The notes under the pieces were generated by a model. It was not told where the DNA came from. It ran no database searches and saw only the letters and a list, made by a program, of their open reading frames with translations. Shown piece by piece: positions 1-13,031 of a DNA stretch of 64,000 nucleotides. Source of the DNA: Paramecium tetraurelia (lineage: Eukaryota); assembly GCA_000165425.1 (NCBI GenBank), contig CT868174.1, forward strand, positions 372,001 to 436,000, given 5' to 3'. A program made the translations under genes and the position numbers. How positions within the stretch are numbered: the stretch's first letter is position 1; each line of letters opens with the position of its first letter.

Positions 1-702
1 CATATTTGAGAGAGCATTCACACAATTATTTGATATATTATTCTTGCTCAAATTGACACTTTTTAAGGATCGATTGTATGCAATTCTATCTAATATTTCA
101 ATGACATGACTTTCTTGTAATTTGTTGTCTTCCAAGTTCAATAATTATATTTTGCAATCTCTACTAACCAATGAATTACCAATCTCCAAACATCCAGTAC
201 CAATCTTATTCTTTGACAAACTCAACGATATAGCTCCACGAGTACTCTTTATAACCTCCGATGAACTCAGCTGAGTCATCCGATTATCGTTTAAATTGTA
301 TTCCTTTATATTGTTTTATTTCTATAACCCTCTGGCTAACATTATCATATACTTGTCTCCATACTTCATATGGCTATTGATAATTCAATAATACTTTAAA
401 TGTAGAGCATCATTCTTCTGCCGATTAAATAATCCGAAACTTCCTGGTTGCAACTGAGAAGATGACAAAGTGGTCATCATATTATCATTTCGATTAAAGA
501 TTTTGTTCTACTCTTACATTCTCTCAGTGGTTTTTTGTAATTTATAAAAATCCGATTTTGTTGTTGGCAAATTAACAGGACTTATTTCATAACTGAAATC
601 TAACTCCTCTTCATCTTCTTTTTGAGTTAAGTAATGACAATATTTCTATGCAGGAATCTTAGGCAGAGATTAGGTGCATTATGCTTTTTATCTAAATTTC
701 AT
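1..702 (-). CDS. Leucine-rich repeat protein (RI/RanGAP-like LRRs); 5' part only, runs off the window start
   Basis: ATG at 702 (MKFRQKAQCTQSLPK in code 6), one 20-nt intron (gtatattgaattatcaatag), then LRR motifs YNLNDNRMT, LSLSKNKIG, LLNLEDNKLQ, VNLSKNNIS; no TGA before position 1. Confidence 0.8.
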
Positions 703-1170
703 AGTACTAAGTTATAAATCAATTAATACAATATAATTTAATCATCTTATCTTTGATAAATTATAATATATACAATATCAATCTATAACTAATTATTCAA
801 TCACACTCACAGCACAAGTAGTCTTCGTTTTGGTCAAAATTCAGTTAATATTTCTAACACAATCACAGCAGCAAAATTATCATATCATTAAATAATTGAT
901 ACTATAATTGTCGTTTTCCAAGATTTTTAATAATCTCAATTAGAATCATGATGTATATAGAGTCTAACATTGAAATAACTATCATTAAATTAATATTCGT
1001 ACTTAATTAGCCTTGATCCTCATACTATAAGCATTACTTAATTATAGGTACATCCTTTTAAGTACTTTATTGAACCATTAATTATTATATAACCAATTAA
1101 CATCTTCAATCTATGTGTTGTACTGACCTTAAATATTTCATATAAAACAAATTAAATTAAAAAAATATTC

Positions 1171-3443
1171 ATGAAAAGACATAGCATTGGGAAACGATTT
1201 CGCAAAATGAAGGGATTGCGTAAAACAGATCCTAATGCGGTCATTCCAGAAACTCCTAAATAACTTCAAGATTATATAGAAACCTTGACAGCTTAAGGTG
1301 TGTAGATCAATAAAGTTAAGTATGCAATCTTTAAAACTAAAAATGGTTTAAAATATCCAGGTCTAGTTGGTATTGAAATCCTTCTATAACTTAGCATCTG
1401 AGAAAATCTTATCAAATGAAACTCTAGTTTCAGTGCCAAGAGATTTGCTATTAACAACAAGACATGCATTTGAATCTCCTTTAAAACAAATGTTTTTAGA
1501 CCATCCACAATACTTTAGCAATCAATTCTACCCTTCTTGGGAAGATCATTAATTAATGGCATTTATCCTGTATGAATATCAGAGAGGACCTGAATCTGAA
1601 TGGCACCTACTAATCTCTAATTTGCCTAGAGACATCGATTATCTAGTATTTTGGAATCCTGAAGAATAAGAGCTATTGGATGATTAGCAATTAGTCAAAT
1701 TGGCTAGAAAATAATATCAAGAATTTGTAATTGAATACGAAACTCTCAAATGCATCACTGATAAATATCCACAACTATTCAAACCAGAAACCGTAACATT
1801 TGAAAATGCCAGATGGGTCTATACACATCTCGTTACAAGGTGTTTCGGCAAGTACTTAGCTTATGTTACAATGGTACCATTTTGTGAATTATTTAATCAT
1901 GAATGCACAGACGTGTTCTATGATTTTGAATACAATCCTGATAATCCTAATAAGAGTGAGGAGAGTGAATAGGCTTAAATTAAAGAGTTGAAGGATGATG
2001 AAGAATTATCAGTCACATCTTCTGAAGGTTCCTATCATTCTGATGATGAGATCAGTGATTCGGAATATGTGACAGACACCTACGATCAATTCAAAGAGTT
2101 CGATTTCGATGATTTTAGTCAATAAGCTACTAAGAAGTTTTATGAGGAATTCAGCAAGACTTTCGATAATAAGTAAAAGGAAAATGAATAGCAAGAAGAC
2201 TAAATTAATAAGACATCTGATAACAATGAATAAGACGAAGAAGAGTAGAATAAAAGAATAAAGGAGTTGTAAGAACAACAAGTTAAAATGAAGAAAGATT
2301 TTAATATTAAATTGAATCTTTAAAGAGAAGTATACCTATTGTCGAGAGACTGCAAAACATTTATATTTTAAAATATTGATTATGGAGATAATTATTCCAT
2401 CTTCTTTATTGGATAGATGTTTGTTAAATTAGATAAATCCATCTAAGAATACATAAATGGTGGTAAGGCTTATTTTATGGCTAGAGAGGAGGTCAAAAGA
2501 ATCTAATTAACTTGTAATACCTATAAGAACAACTTGTATGCTTTTCAGAAGGATGTCATGAAGAAACCAATCTATCAAACAAGTTATTTTTAACAAAAAA
2601 GATCGAAGAGTCAAAATTCAACTTTGGACACTCCTGAACAAATTCTATCTTAAGCCTTAGATCCAGATTGTGAGTATTATAAATAAGTTTGGGAAAAAGA
2701 CAAGTTTGATAGATTTGTAATGAAAGCTGCTAGTAAGGATCAATTTGAGAAAGGAGCTTAGGTTTATTTCTGTTATGGCAGATTATCAAATAGAATGATG
2801 CTAATGAGATATGGAATGACCTTAGAGTACAACAAGTATGATCATGCACATTTGAGAATCGATTATTTAAAATATGTATAAAATATCGAAGCAGTCTGGT
2901 TAGTCCACAAATATCAATTAAGTAAATACAAAAGATTTAAATTAAAGCATACTACTTTTCCAATAGATTTCATAGTATTTTGTAAATCAATCTACTGGTA
3001 ATCATATTCTTTATACTTTATATAGGACTTTTAATGTGCATTCTTTGGATACTTTTTTCAAGATCTAAGATCTCAAATTAGAAAGAAAAGCATTGCAATT
3101 AGCTTTGGAGATTTTGGTTGAAGAAATATCTAAATTTACAGATAAATTAGAAGACAACGAGAAACTATTGTATGATAACAAGTTGGGATATCATGAATAT
3201 TTTGCTGTGATTTACAGATTGGAAAGACAGAGAATTTATCATCATAATATTAAGTATATTTGATATTTTTACAATAGTCTAATCAAAATTTGTATTGTTG
3301 TTATAGATAGGATGCTAGATGGAATTCCATTTGAATAAGCCACTGAAAAAACATAGTTTGATTTCGATTAATGCGAAACCAATCGTATAATCTTAAGGAA
3401 ATATTTTGAACAAATGAGATACGCTCTCTATTTACCAAAATGA
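1171..3443 (+). CDS. SET-domain lysine methyltransferase, Rubisco-LSMT/SETD3/SETD6-like, paralog 1
   Basis: Motifs YPGLVASEKI, MVPFCELFNHE, KGAQVYFCYGRLSNRMMLMRYG; helical C-terminal region; three short introns; TGA at 3441-3443. Confidence 0.85.
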
Positions 3444-3477
3444 GATGTTTAATTTAGTGTTAATATAAATTTAATTT

Positions 3478-5342
3478 ATGAATTATCCAAAAAGGTTTTC
3501 GATTGGTAAAATGTATTAAAGAGTATTACAATTAACTAATAAAAGGAAAAAGGGATTTACCTGAAAGATAAAAATTGCACCTCATAGTCAAGATATGAGT
3601 AAACTTAATATGAAATTGATTATACGAATTAAGGAGTGAAGCTATAGGATGTTGAACTAGCAACCTTCTATCTCAAAAATGGATTACCTTATCGAGGTTT
3701 GAAAGGTAATCCAAAAGGTTTTAAATAGATAAACAGCCACAGATAACATTCCAGCCAATTATCTTTTGGTTCAAGTTCCCCGCCAATTGATAATTAGCAG
3801 TCGAACTGCATTTCAATCAAGTCAAAAGGCTTTTTATTTTAAACATAGAGATTTTTTTCTGGATCATGAGGAGGGAGAGGAACATACAATAATGGCCTTC
3901 CTCATTATGAACAAAAGAGAAGGAATTAAGTCAAAATATTATAGATTTATTACATAACTACCCATAGATGTTAATATGCTGATATTTTGGTCGGAAGACA
4001 AATTGAAATTATTGCAAGATGAAAATTTAATCCAAAAAGTACACAAAAAAAAGGAAGAATATGAATAAACATATTAGATATTCAAAGCTATAATGAATGC
4101 TACAGAAAATGAATTCTAATGGGCATACAGTAATTTATACACCAGAGATTTTGGACATAATTTGAAATACAAAAGCATGGTTCCTTTTTGTGAATTCTTC
4201 AATCATGAATGTGTGGATGTTCACATTGCTCTGTTGTCAGAAGATGAGTTAAAAGAATAAAATGGCTAGACTTTAATTAATATTTAGAACCAGAAAGACC
4301 AGAAAGACCAAAAAGATCAGAAAGGAAAGAAGGCAACAAAAAAGTAAACGAAGTAGCAAAATAAAAAGAAAGGAGATTTTTATGCAGAGGAGGAACTCTA
4401 AAGTGTTTAATCTTCATCAGATTCAGATAATTCATTAGATTTAGATTAAAATGAATCAGATCTAGATGACTTCATTGCAGATCAAATCATTGAGTGGGCT
4501 AGTAAAAATGAATTAGAGGAATAGACTTTTGAAGTCTTAAAGGATTATGTGCTATCTAATCTCAAAGCTCAGTACACTTAGGAAACAGTGTAAATTGATA
4601 GGAATGAAACAAAGAAAATAATGAATTGGATAGAGGATGAAGATTTTGATTATTTCTGTATTAGCTCATAAAAGACTGAAAATTTCAAGAAAGGAGCTCA
4701 AGTATACTTTAATTATGGAAGACTTTCAAATAGAGAATTACTATTAAGATATGGAATTGCCATAGAAAGAAACAAATATGATCATGTCTATTTAAGAATT
4801 AACACAGAAGAGTTATTAAAAAGGAGAGGGATGAGAGTATTTTAAAAATAGTATTTATCGATTAAATTAAAATATACTGAGTTTCCTTTTGCTTTGCTTA
4901 AGTTTTCCAAGGCTATTACAGAGTAATATTTATTATAAGTTTTAGAAGCGAGAACCAAGATTACTATGATCTTTAGAATGTGTTGAAAACAATAGATATT
5001 TAGACAGAATTGAGAGGTTAAGAATTTCTCATATCTTTAGGATTGAAGAAATCTATTGAGTTGTTGAAGTAATTTAAGGGCGAGTTCAAAGAAGATCTTA
5101 CTAAAAGTGATCTCTTATTAAAGGATAAACAGTTGGATTATGATGAGTATTTCTCTTTGGTTTACAGATTGGAAAAGCAGAGAATTCTCCAACAAAATAT
5201 TATATTATTATAATTGGCCAGAGAAATTCTATTAGATCCAGAGAGATTGGATTACGTTTGTAGTTCTTATGAGTCATCCTAATATGAGTATACTTATAGG
5301 ATAATACTGAAAAAATACTTAGAATAGATACTAATATAATGA
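3478..5342 (+). CDS. SET-domain lysine methyltransferase, Rubisco-LSMT-like, paralog 2 (tandem duplicate)
   Basis: Motifs YRGLKATDNI, MVPFCEFFNHE, KGAQVYFNYGRLSNRELLLRYG, YRLEKQRI shared with the upstream gene; starts 34 nt after the paralog 1 stop; four short introns. Confidence 0.85.
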
Positions 5343-5596
5343 ATGCATAACTTCATATATATATATAATAATAATAATATTTTAATTATTTATGACAATA
5401 TAATAATTGGATAAATATTATCGATAGTTATAATTAAAGTCGATTTAGAGTACCTGCAAACTTTACATGCTAACTTATTGCACATGAAAGGTTTTGGATG
5501 CTCATACAAATTTAAGTAATGAGTTTATAATAAATTAATTGTAATATATTTCTAAAATTTTATGGGATTTTATTAATTAATTAACTAATTAATTTG

Positions 5597-7124
5597 ATGA
5601 ATTTAAAACCTAGAATATAGATTGAAGGAAGCCAATTTCATTTGATATACGAACAAACAAATGATGATTTGTTGGATTTGATGGAGAGGGGAATACCTGA
5701 GAATAGACTTGCATTTCGGAAGAACAGCTATTGTGTTACAGACAAAAAAACTAAAATGAAATACATAGTGAATTACTCAAGGAAACACTTAAAGTTAAGG
5801 TATATTGTATAACAATAAGCTCAGTTTCCAAAAGTCAGACTTGTAAGAATAGGATCTGGAAGTTTTGATTGACAGCTTGACCTTGAAGATTCTTCAATAG
5901 TAGAGCTTAATGAAGATAATGTTTTCTAAATTAGTCTAATTCAATGAAAGTTGTATTCGTGAAATAGAATATGCTCCAACTGACATTGTAATTGAAATAG
6001 TTTTTGGGAGGATGATGATAGCAAAGTTTTACATATCCTACATAATCGGAAACTCATTGATGTCTGTGGAAGAGCGTTATGCTAGGTTTATGCTTATAAA
6101 TTTGGAACTTCTAGAAGGCAATCAAATGAGTTTGGAAATCTTTAAGCAACCTCCAATAAATTTGCATTTTCTCACTTAATTTGTAGCTATAGATAAATTC
6201 ACTGATTTGGTCTAAAGAACTTTTATTCCGATTTAGCTTTTGAACTACAAAATATTTGATAGCAACGTGTTGTATCAGCTCTACCAATTTTATTTTATGA
6301 TCTATCCGAATCAGCAATTCGCTACTTTTGTTTTCGGAATAAGGAGTGATAAGTTTTTAAGTACTCTGGGTATCATACCTTTATTGATCTAAATGAAAAC
6401 CTACTTTTTAAATGATAAACTTGTAATTGAAATAGAATAAGCTGATGCTTTTGCCATATTGAATGGGTATCATTAATTGGCTGATTTTGCAGTTTTCAAA
6501 CGAGAAATTCATGATGTCATTTAAAAATGGTCATTTTCAACCTGCTAAGAAATCGATGAATTCTTTTTTAAATTTCTAATCATAGGCATTAGTTATATTT
6601 TATTGTATCCCAAAAAGGATATACTATTCTAATTGATGAAAAAAACAAATTGGGATTACTTTCAGAAACACATCCTTACTTCACTAATAAATAAAATTGC
6701 TTACATACATTATCATTTAAGCTAAAAACAAAGAGGGGATTCCTCAAACTTTGATTATAGGAAATTTTTGAATTTACACATAGATAGGTATTTTCACCTT
6801 TATGAGTATAATTGGATTAAAGAACCCAGGGATGAAAGAGAAAATCCTATCAAATATATTCTCAAATTCTATTTGGACAGAATCGATAAGAACTTTTAGA
6901 ACATTGTTAAAAATAATTTCAAAGAGAATGAGGTCAATTCTCATCTCTAGAAACTCAGTATGGTGGTATTTCAAGTGGAGAAAATATCATTCATCTTTCA
7001 AATCGTCGAATATACTTCTTAAAATGGACAAATCGTAAAAATTGAACAAGGACATGAGACAAATAGATGGAGATTAAGTGACTTTCCTAAATATGAATTA
7101 GAGTTTATTATAAGTTAATTTTGA
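5597..7124 (+). CDS. Hypothetical protein; start and 5' exon structure uncertain
   Basis: Long TGA-free frame ~5820-6787, then a GT..AG intron (~6788-6807) and a last exon YNWIKEPRDERENPIKYILKFYL...FIISQF* ending at 7124; no recognisable domain; the 5' frames do not join cleanly. Confidence 0.45.
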
Positions 7125-7237
7125 TCTTATAAGTTATATGTAAAGTATTGTATTATAATCTGGTTCTTAATTTTGAATTGAGATTTAATTTCGATTGAAT
7201 AATTAACATTTATTTAATTAGTATTTACGTGTATTGG

Positions 7238-8206
7238 ATGGAATAACAAATACTTCTATAAGCCAAGATAGCCTTCTTTTTAGGGAATTTCAATAAAGTG
7301 TTAGAAATATGGTAACAAAATGACTATGATGATGACTACTATTACTTTTTAGTTTCAAGAGCATTAATAGCAGCTAGAGAATTGAAACCAAAAACTATAC
7401 GATTAACAAAGAAACCATCCTCCAAACTATTGGAGATCACCGATATAGTCAGCAGATTCATGGGTCCATTGATTGAGCAATAGAAATCAGAAACAACCAT
7501 AGATGAGGATAGAAAACAAATAGAAGATGTATTGAAAAAACTTAAGGACATCATTCCCCAATAAAACTAGAAGATCATTTAAATCATATGTGCATACATG
7601 TCTGTGAACTCCTGTGAAGCACAATATGCACTTCAATTAGAAATGCCAAAAGATGCATTTTAATAGGAATTGCTCTATCTCTAATTCATGATATATCTAA
7701 GAGGAAGAAGATTTGATCTGGCAGAGTCCACTCTACTCGACCTGAGAAGATTTGATGATGAAGACATCCTGACATATCTTGCTTAAATATATCTAAATGT
7801 ATGCAGTTTTGTATATCTCTATAGTTGTATAATGGACAACCAGAATAAGCATATAAATCAATATAAGAAACCAAAGATAGATTTGGAGATTCCTCTAAAT
7901 TGATGAATTTGATGATTACTTGTCTCATCCAGTATGTTATTCTCAAATTAGCATTTTAGTCAAAATAAATTTGAAGAGGCTTTCGAATTAGGATAAAAGG
8001 TGAAAACTCTCATAATTGACAATGAACAATTTTCAGATCGCCAGGAAATTGAAATTTGTCTATCGAATCTAATAGTTTTAAGTGAATTGCTCAATAAATA
8101 ACAATAAAAAGAGGAATACATTTAAGTTTTGGAATAAATAAATAAATCGTGTCATTTCTTAAAGAGATATTAAGAGAAGGTTAAGAAAATTGAATAATTA
8201 TCATGA
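7238..8206 (+). CDS. COPE: Coatomer subunit epsilon (TPR-like)
   Basis: Translation AKIAFFLGNF...IYLRGRRFDLAESTLLDLRRFDDEDILTYLA...AYKSIQETKDRF...LSNLIVLSELLNK...CHFLKRYQEK follows the epsilon-COP pattern over the full length; two short introns. Confidence 0.8.
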
Positions 8207-8259
8207 TATTTTATAATCTATATGTTTAAATAAACAATACAATGAATTTAGGTATGCTG

Positions 8260-9597
8260 TCAATATTCTCCAACTAAATCTCTGTAATTCATCCTCTAAT
8301 TTATTCTTCTTCTCAAACTTCTGCTACTCAACTATTATTATTCCTAAGTCTTTTCATTAGAATTGAATACTTACTTCTTATTGCTGTTACAATTACTAAC
8401 TTTATTATTAAGACGACATTACATGTTATTGTAATACATGAGGTGGAGATGCCAATTGCACTTTTTTAGTTCTTTTAATCGAATTTCGAAGGAGATCCAA
8501 ATCCAGTTTGATTTCATCATCAAACAAGTTCAATCGATACGCTAAGACTTAATGGACATAGTTTACTGTATTGTATTTTATTGTCCTTAGTAGCAACAAA
8601 GGTAATGTTTTTCTCTTTATTTTTACAATCCTCTTGTTCAGGAATGGGTACCTATTTGGGAGGTGGAAATTCATCTGATTTTTTCAATGGTTTAGTTTTC
8701 TTAATGTTTTTGGAACAACTTAAACAGTGATATGGAGTAGTTTCTGGTTCATTTTCAATATTTTAATTTCTATATTTTTATTCGCAAGCAATGTGATTCT
8801 ATGATTGTTGATATTACATACCCATTTTTGACATTGATCACATTAAACCCAACCAGCTTCGTCATCGTAAGAGCCGTAAACCTTTAATAAATGAAATGAG
8901 GATATTGATACTTATTCGCAAAAATCACAATATTTTCCTTTATTAAATAATTTAGAACATTTGTCACAAAAGAATAATATATCATGTCTCTTGGATTTAA
9001 TTTTCTTGTCTCCAACATTCATACACTAAACGTTGTAACATTTCTTAGTAGTCTATTGTGGTTCATCATCCTCCACTGTTATTGTTATAGGATTGGCTGC
9101 ATTATTTTTAATCTTCCGACCTGAATTCTCCTCCTGTCGATTGCTCGACAAATTCAGCTAGGGTTATGATTACCCAGGATTTGGTAGATATGATAACATT
9201 TCGATTCCATTCATTAAAGCAGAAATATCTAAGAAATTAGTCAAACAAACATATATATATCGGGTATATTGTGAGTATGACAAGCATAATTATCCTTACT
9301 TAGTATATTGGGGGCTTGATAGCAATCCTTTAATTATTAGTTTTAATTCATGCATTGAAATAGGCTTGGATTTAGTAGCTATCTCAATAGGTATTGTTGC
9401 ATTTCAGGTCCAAACATCCGCATCAAATTTTGATTGCTAATATAATTATAGGTATATCATATATATATATGGATATCAGTAAATAGAATGGAATGTTTAG
9501 ATGTAATGTCATACCTTTAAAAGAGAAATTATTGATCAAATTCAGATGCATTGTTCCCAAAAGTGAATGGTTGATTGTTATTCTTCCCTTGGCTCAT
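8260..9597 (-). CDS. PHD-finger protein with additional Cys motifs
   Basis: YCDFCEQVYGSYDDEAGWVQCDQCQKWNHIACE...YHCLSC is a C4HC3 PHD finger; ATG at 9597 needs introns 9437-9514 (78 nt) and 9229-9299 (71 nt), plus 30- and 23-nt introns. Confidence 0.75.
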
Positions 9598-10052
9598 TTT
9601 TATATTTTTTAATTTAAACAGAACCGAAATTTTAATAATACAACCTTGTAATAAAAATATGTGTAAAACTCATTCAATGATTTTAATCAAATATTGAAAT
9701 ATTGAAATACTAAATCTATATATATATATTTTTATAACGAACTTATAAGTTAATAGGTTCATTAGTTCATCAATCTGAATTTGGGTTTTGTTATTTAATT
9801 AAATTAGAGATGCAATTGAAAATAATAGTCTAAAATCCATTTTATAATTAATCGGATGATACTGATTATTAATTTAACCGCATTCACAAAATAAAATATA
9901 AATATTTAATGATACAATTTCAATCCTGTCCTATGATTCTCATTAGTTATTATTAAAATTTAACTACTATAAGATATGTAAATAATATATATTTTTCACA
10001 CATAAGAGGAATTGTATGATTTGAGCGAATTTTAAAAATTAATTCATTTATT

Positions 10053-12989
10053 ATGTAGCAAGGATCAAGACTGAAAGAGGCTACCGAAGGAACAATCTCA
10101 CAGTTCACCAGCAAGATAGGAGGACCTTTCAAGATAGCCAAACCTGTATTCTAAGAGAAAAGATTAAAACTATTTTCTGAGATTTATCAGCGTCAACAGG
10201 CTGAATTGAAGTAGATGCAATAGACTCCAATTAAAATCACACTCAAGGATGGCAAACAGATCGAAGGTTTCAAGTATGATTCTATTTTAGGTAAGAAATG
10301 GGTAACAACTCCACTGTCCATTGCCTTGGGGATAAGCAAGAAAATGGCTGAAAACATGGTTGCTGCAAAGGTAGTCTATGAAACTATATTTGAAAAAAGT
10401 ATTGATTATAAAATAGAATAGGTTTCGTTGACGTTGACCATGAAGAGACATCTAGTCAAGCATCCTCAACAATACATTAGAAACCTGATTACTTGATATG
10501 GGACTTGACTAGACCTTTGGAAGGAGATTGTAGTTTAGAATTGTTATCATTTGATGATAAAAATGGCCAAGAAGTTTTTTGGCATTCCTCTGCTCATATT
10601 CTAGGAGCTGCTTTGGAAGAAATCTATGGATGTCATCTCTGTATTGGTCCAGCAATAGAAGGAGGATTCTTTTATGATTGTTATATAGGTGATATTAAGG
10701 TTACATAGAATGATTACGTGAAAATTGAAAAGGCTGCATAGGATCTCGTTGCTGCAAAACAGGAGTTCTAGAGGGCCATTTTGACTAAGGAAGAATGGTA
10801 TTGTCCAATAATTATACAATAGTCTTGAGATATTTGGAAGTAATCCTTTTAAACGATAATTGATAACAAACAAAATACCTGATGGATCTTTGACTACTGC
10901 CTATAGATGTGGTAATTTGATAGATTTGTGTACTGGTCCCCATTTACCTAATACAAGTTATGTGAAGGCATTTTAAATAACAAAAAATTCAGCCGCATAT
11001 TGGTTGGGTAAAAATACTAATGACGATTTGCAAAGAGTTTATGGGATTACATTTCCGAACAAGAAATTATTGGATGAATATGTCAAAATTTAAAAGGAAC
11101 TCGCTCAAAGGGATCACAGGAATGTTGGAAAGAAACAAAACTTGTATTTATTCCATCAATTATCTCCTGGTTCAGCCTTTTTCTACCCCAGTGGTGCTCA
11201 CATCTATAACACATTGATGAATTTTCTGAGAAGATAATATTACATTAGAGGATATTAGGAAGTCATATCTCCTAATATATTTAATGCTTAATTATGGAAG
11301 ATAAGTGGACATTACGATAAGTATAAGGAGAATCTCTTCTTTATCAATATGGGAGAAGAAGGAGAGTATGGGTTAAAGCCTATGAATTGTCCTGGACATT
11401 GTTTAATGTTTGATATGGTCTAGCATAGCTATAGAGATTTGCCAATTAGATTTGCAGATTTTGGAGTTCTACATAGAAATGAGGTGCATGGTGCATTGAC
11501 TGGTTTAACTAGAGTGCGTAGATTCTAATAGGATGATGCTCACATCTTTTGTAGAATGGATCAAATTTAGGATGAAATTAAGAATTGTCTAGACTTTTTG
11601 AGTTACATATACTCGCTGTTTGGATTTGAATTCAAATTGTATTTAAGTACACGTCCTGAGAAGTTTTTGGGTACCAAAGATGTGTGGGACAATGCTGAAT
11701 ATTAATTAGAGTAGGGATTGAAGAAGTTTGGAAAGCATTTTGAAATAAATCCAGGAGATGGTGCATTTTATGGACCAAAAATAGATGTCAAATTATACGA
11801 TGCCTATAAAAGAGAACATTAATGTGGAACAATTTAACTAGATTTCAATTTGCCTGAAAGATTCAACTTACAATTTAGAGCAAGTGAGGATGTTCATGAA
11901 GTGTAATAGGACAAGGAAACAGTGCACAATGAATAAATATAGGTGGCCTAAGAAATAATTGATATTCATCGTAAGGAATCTCATTAATCAGATCAAGCAG
12001 AGGGTGATGTACTAAGTACTCCTCCTCGCCATCTTCAAGAATAGAGTGAATAGCCAGGAGAATTGAAGGTTTAATCTACTCATTCATTATAATCAGATAA
12101 GGTATTAGAGTAATAGTAATAACAATATTAATAATTGTAACTGTAATAACACTCGCATTCAGCCTCTAGTTTATTGCATAAGAAGTAAAAGTTGCCTGAA
12201 GAACTTTTGGAGTCTGGATCTAGTTAAGCATTGTCAAATCACGAATTACACAAAGTGTTACATGGTAATTATTAATTAAATTATTTAATAGAGAAGAAAT
12301 ATGAATTGGGTTACCATCATTTAAAACCAGGTTTTGCGAGACCTGTCATTATTCATAGAGCCATTTTAGGTTCATTGGAAAGGATGATAGCAGTCTTAAC
12401 AGAATAATGTGGTGGTAAATGGCCATTTTGGTTGTCTCCAAAACAATTGATTCTATGTCCAGTGTCTGCCTATTATAGGGATGTTGCAGAAAAGATCTCA
12501 GCTAGATTGAGATTGGAAGGTTATACTGTGAATACTGATGAATCAGATCAAACTTTGGCTAAGAAAGTGAGAAATGCTTAAGTCCAATATTATAATTTTG
12601 TTGGAGTTATTGGAGAGGAGGAAGTGCGTACTGGAGTCATTGATATTAGAGATTGCGAAAAAAATACTAGAATTGTACATCATTAATTTTATGCTTAGGG
12701 TAAATTAACAATTCCATAATTGTGTAAATTTTTTGAATCTTTAAAACCTCCTAAGTCCAAAGTTGAAATGGAAATCCATGAACATGATGATACTCATCTT
12801 AAATTGAACGACGAATTATAAGATAAGGTATTTCTTGATGGAGATGGTTTCGTTGTTGGGCCCAGGGATTATGAATAGTTCCCAAAAGTCAAAGAGATAG
12901 ACCCAGCCTTATAAAATTTAATTAGATGGCAGAAACATATGACCTTTCTAATTAAATAGGATTAACAAAAATTATAATAATAAGAATGA
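10053..12989 (+). CDS. TARS1: Threonyl-tRNA synthetase, cytosolic type, with internal insertion and C-terminal extension
   Basis: TGS domain (ITLKDGK...WVTTP), editing domain [10 protein letters not shown] and DLCTGPH, catalytic [47 protein letters not shown], anticodon-binding domain; five short introns. Confidence 0.95.
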
Positions 12990-13031
12990 TATATTTCCAT
13001 ATATCAATATATTAAAAATAATGCATAATAT

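Noticed and set aside
703..1170. Small minus-strand gene between the LRR and SET genes
   Set aside because: Coding-like fragments and one intron-like string, but every frame hits TGA; no coherent model
9229..9514. Canonical C/D-box snoRNAs inside the long introns
   Set aside because: No clear RUGAUGA box paired with a terminal CUGA by eye; left open for a covariance-model search
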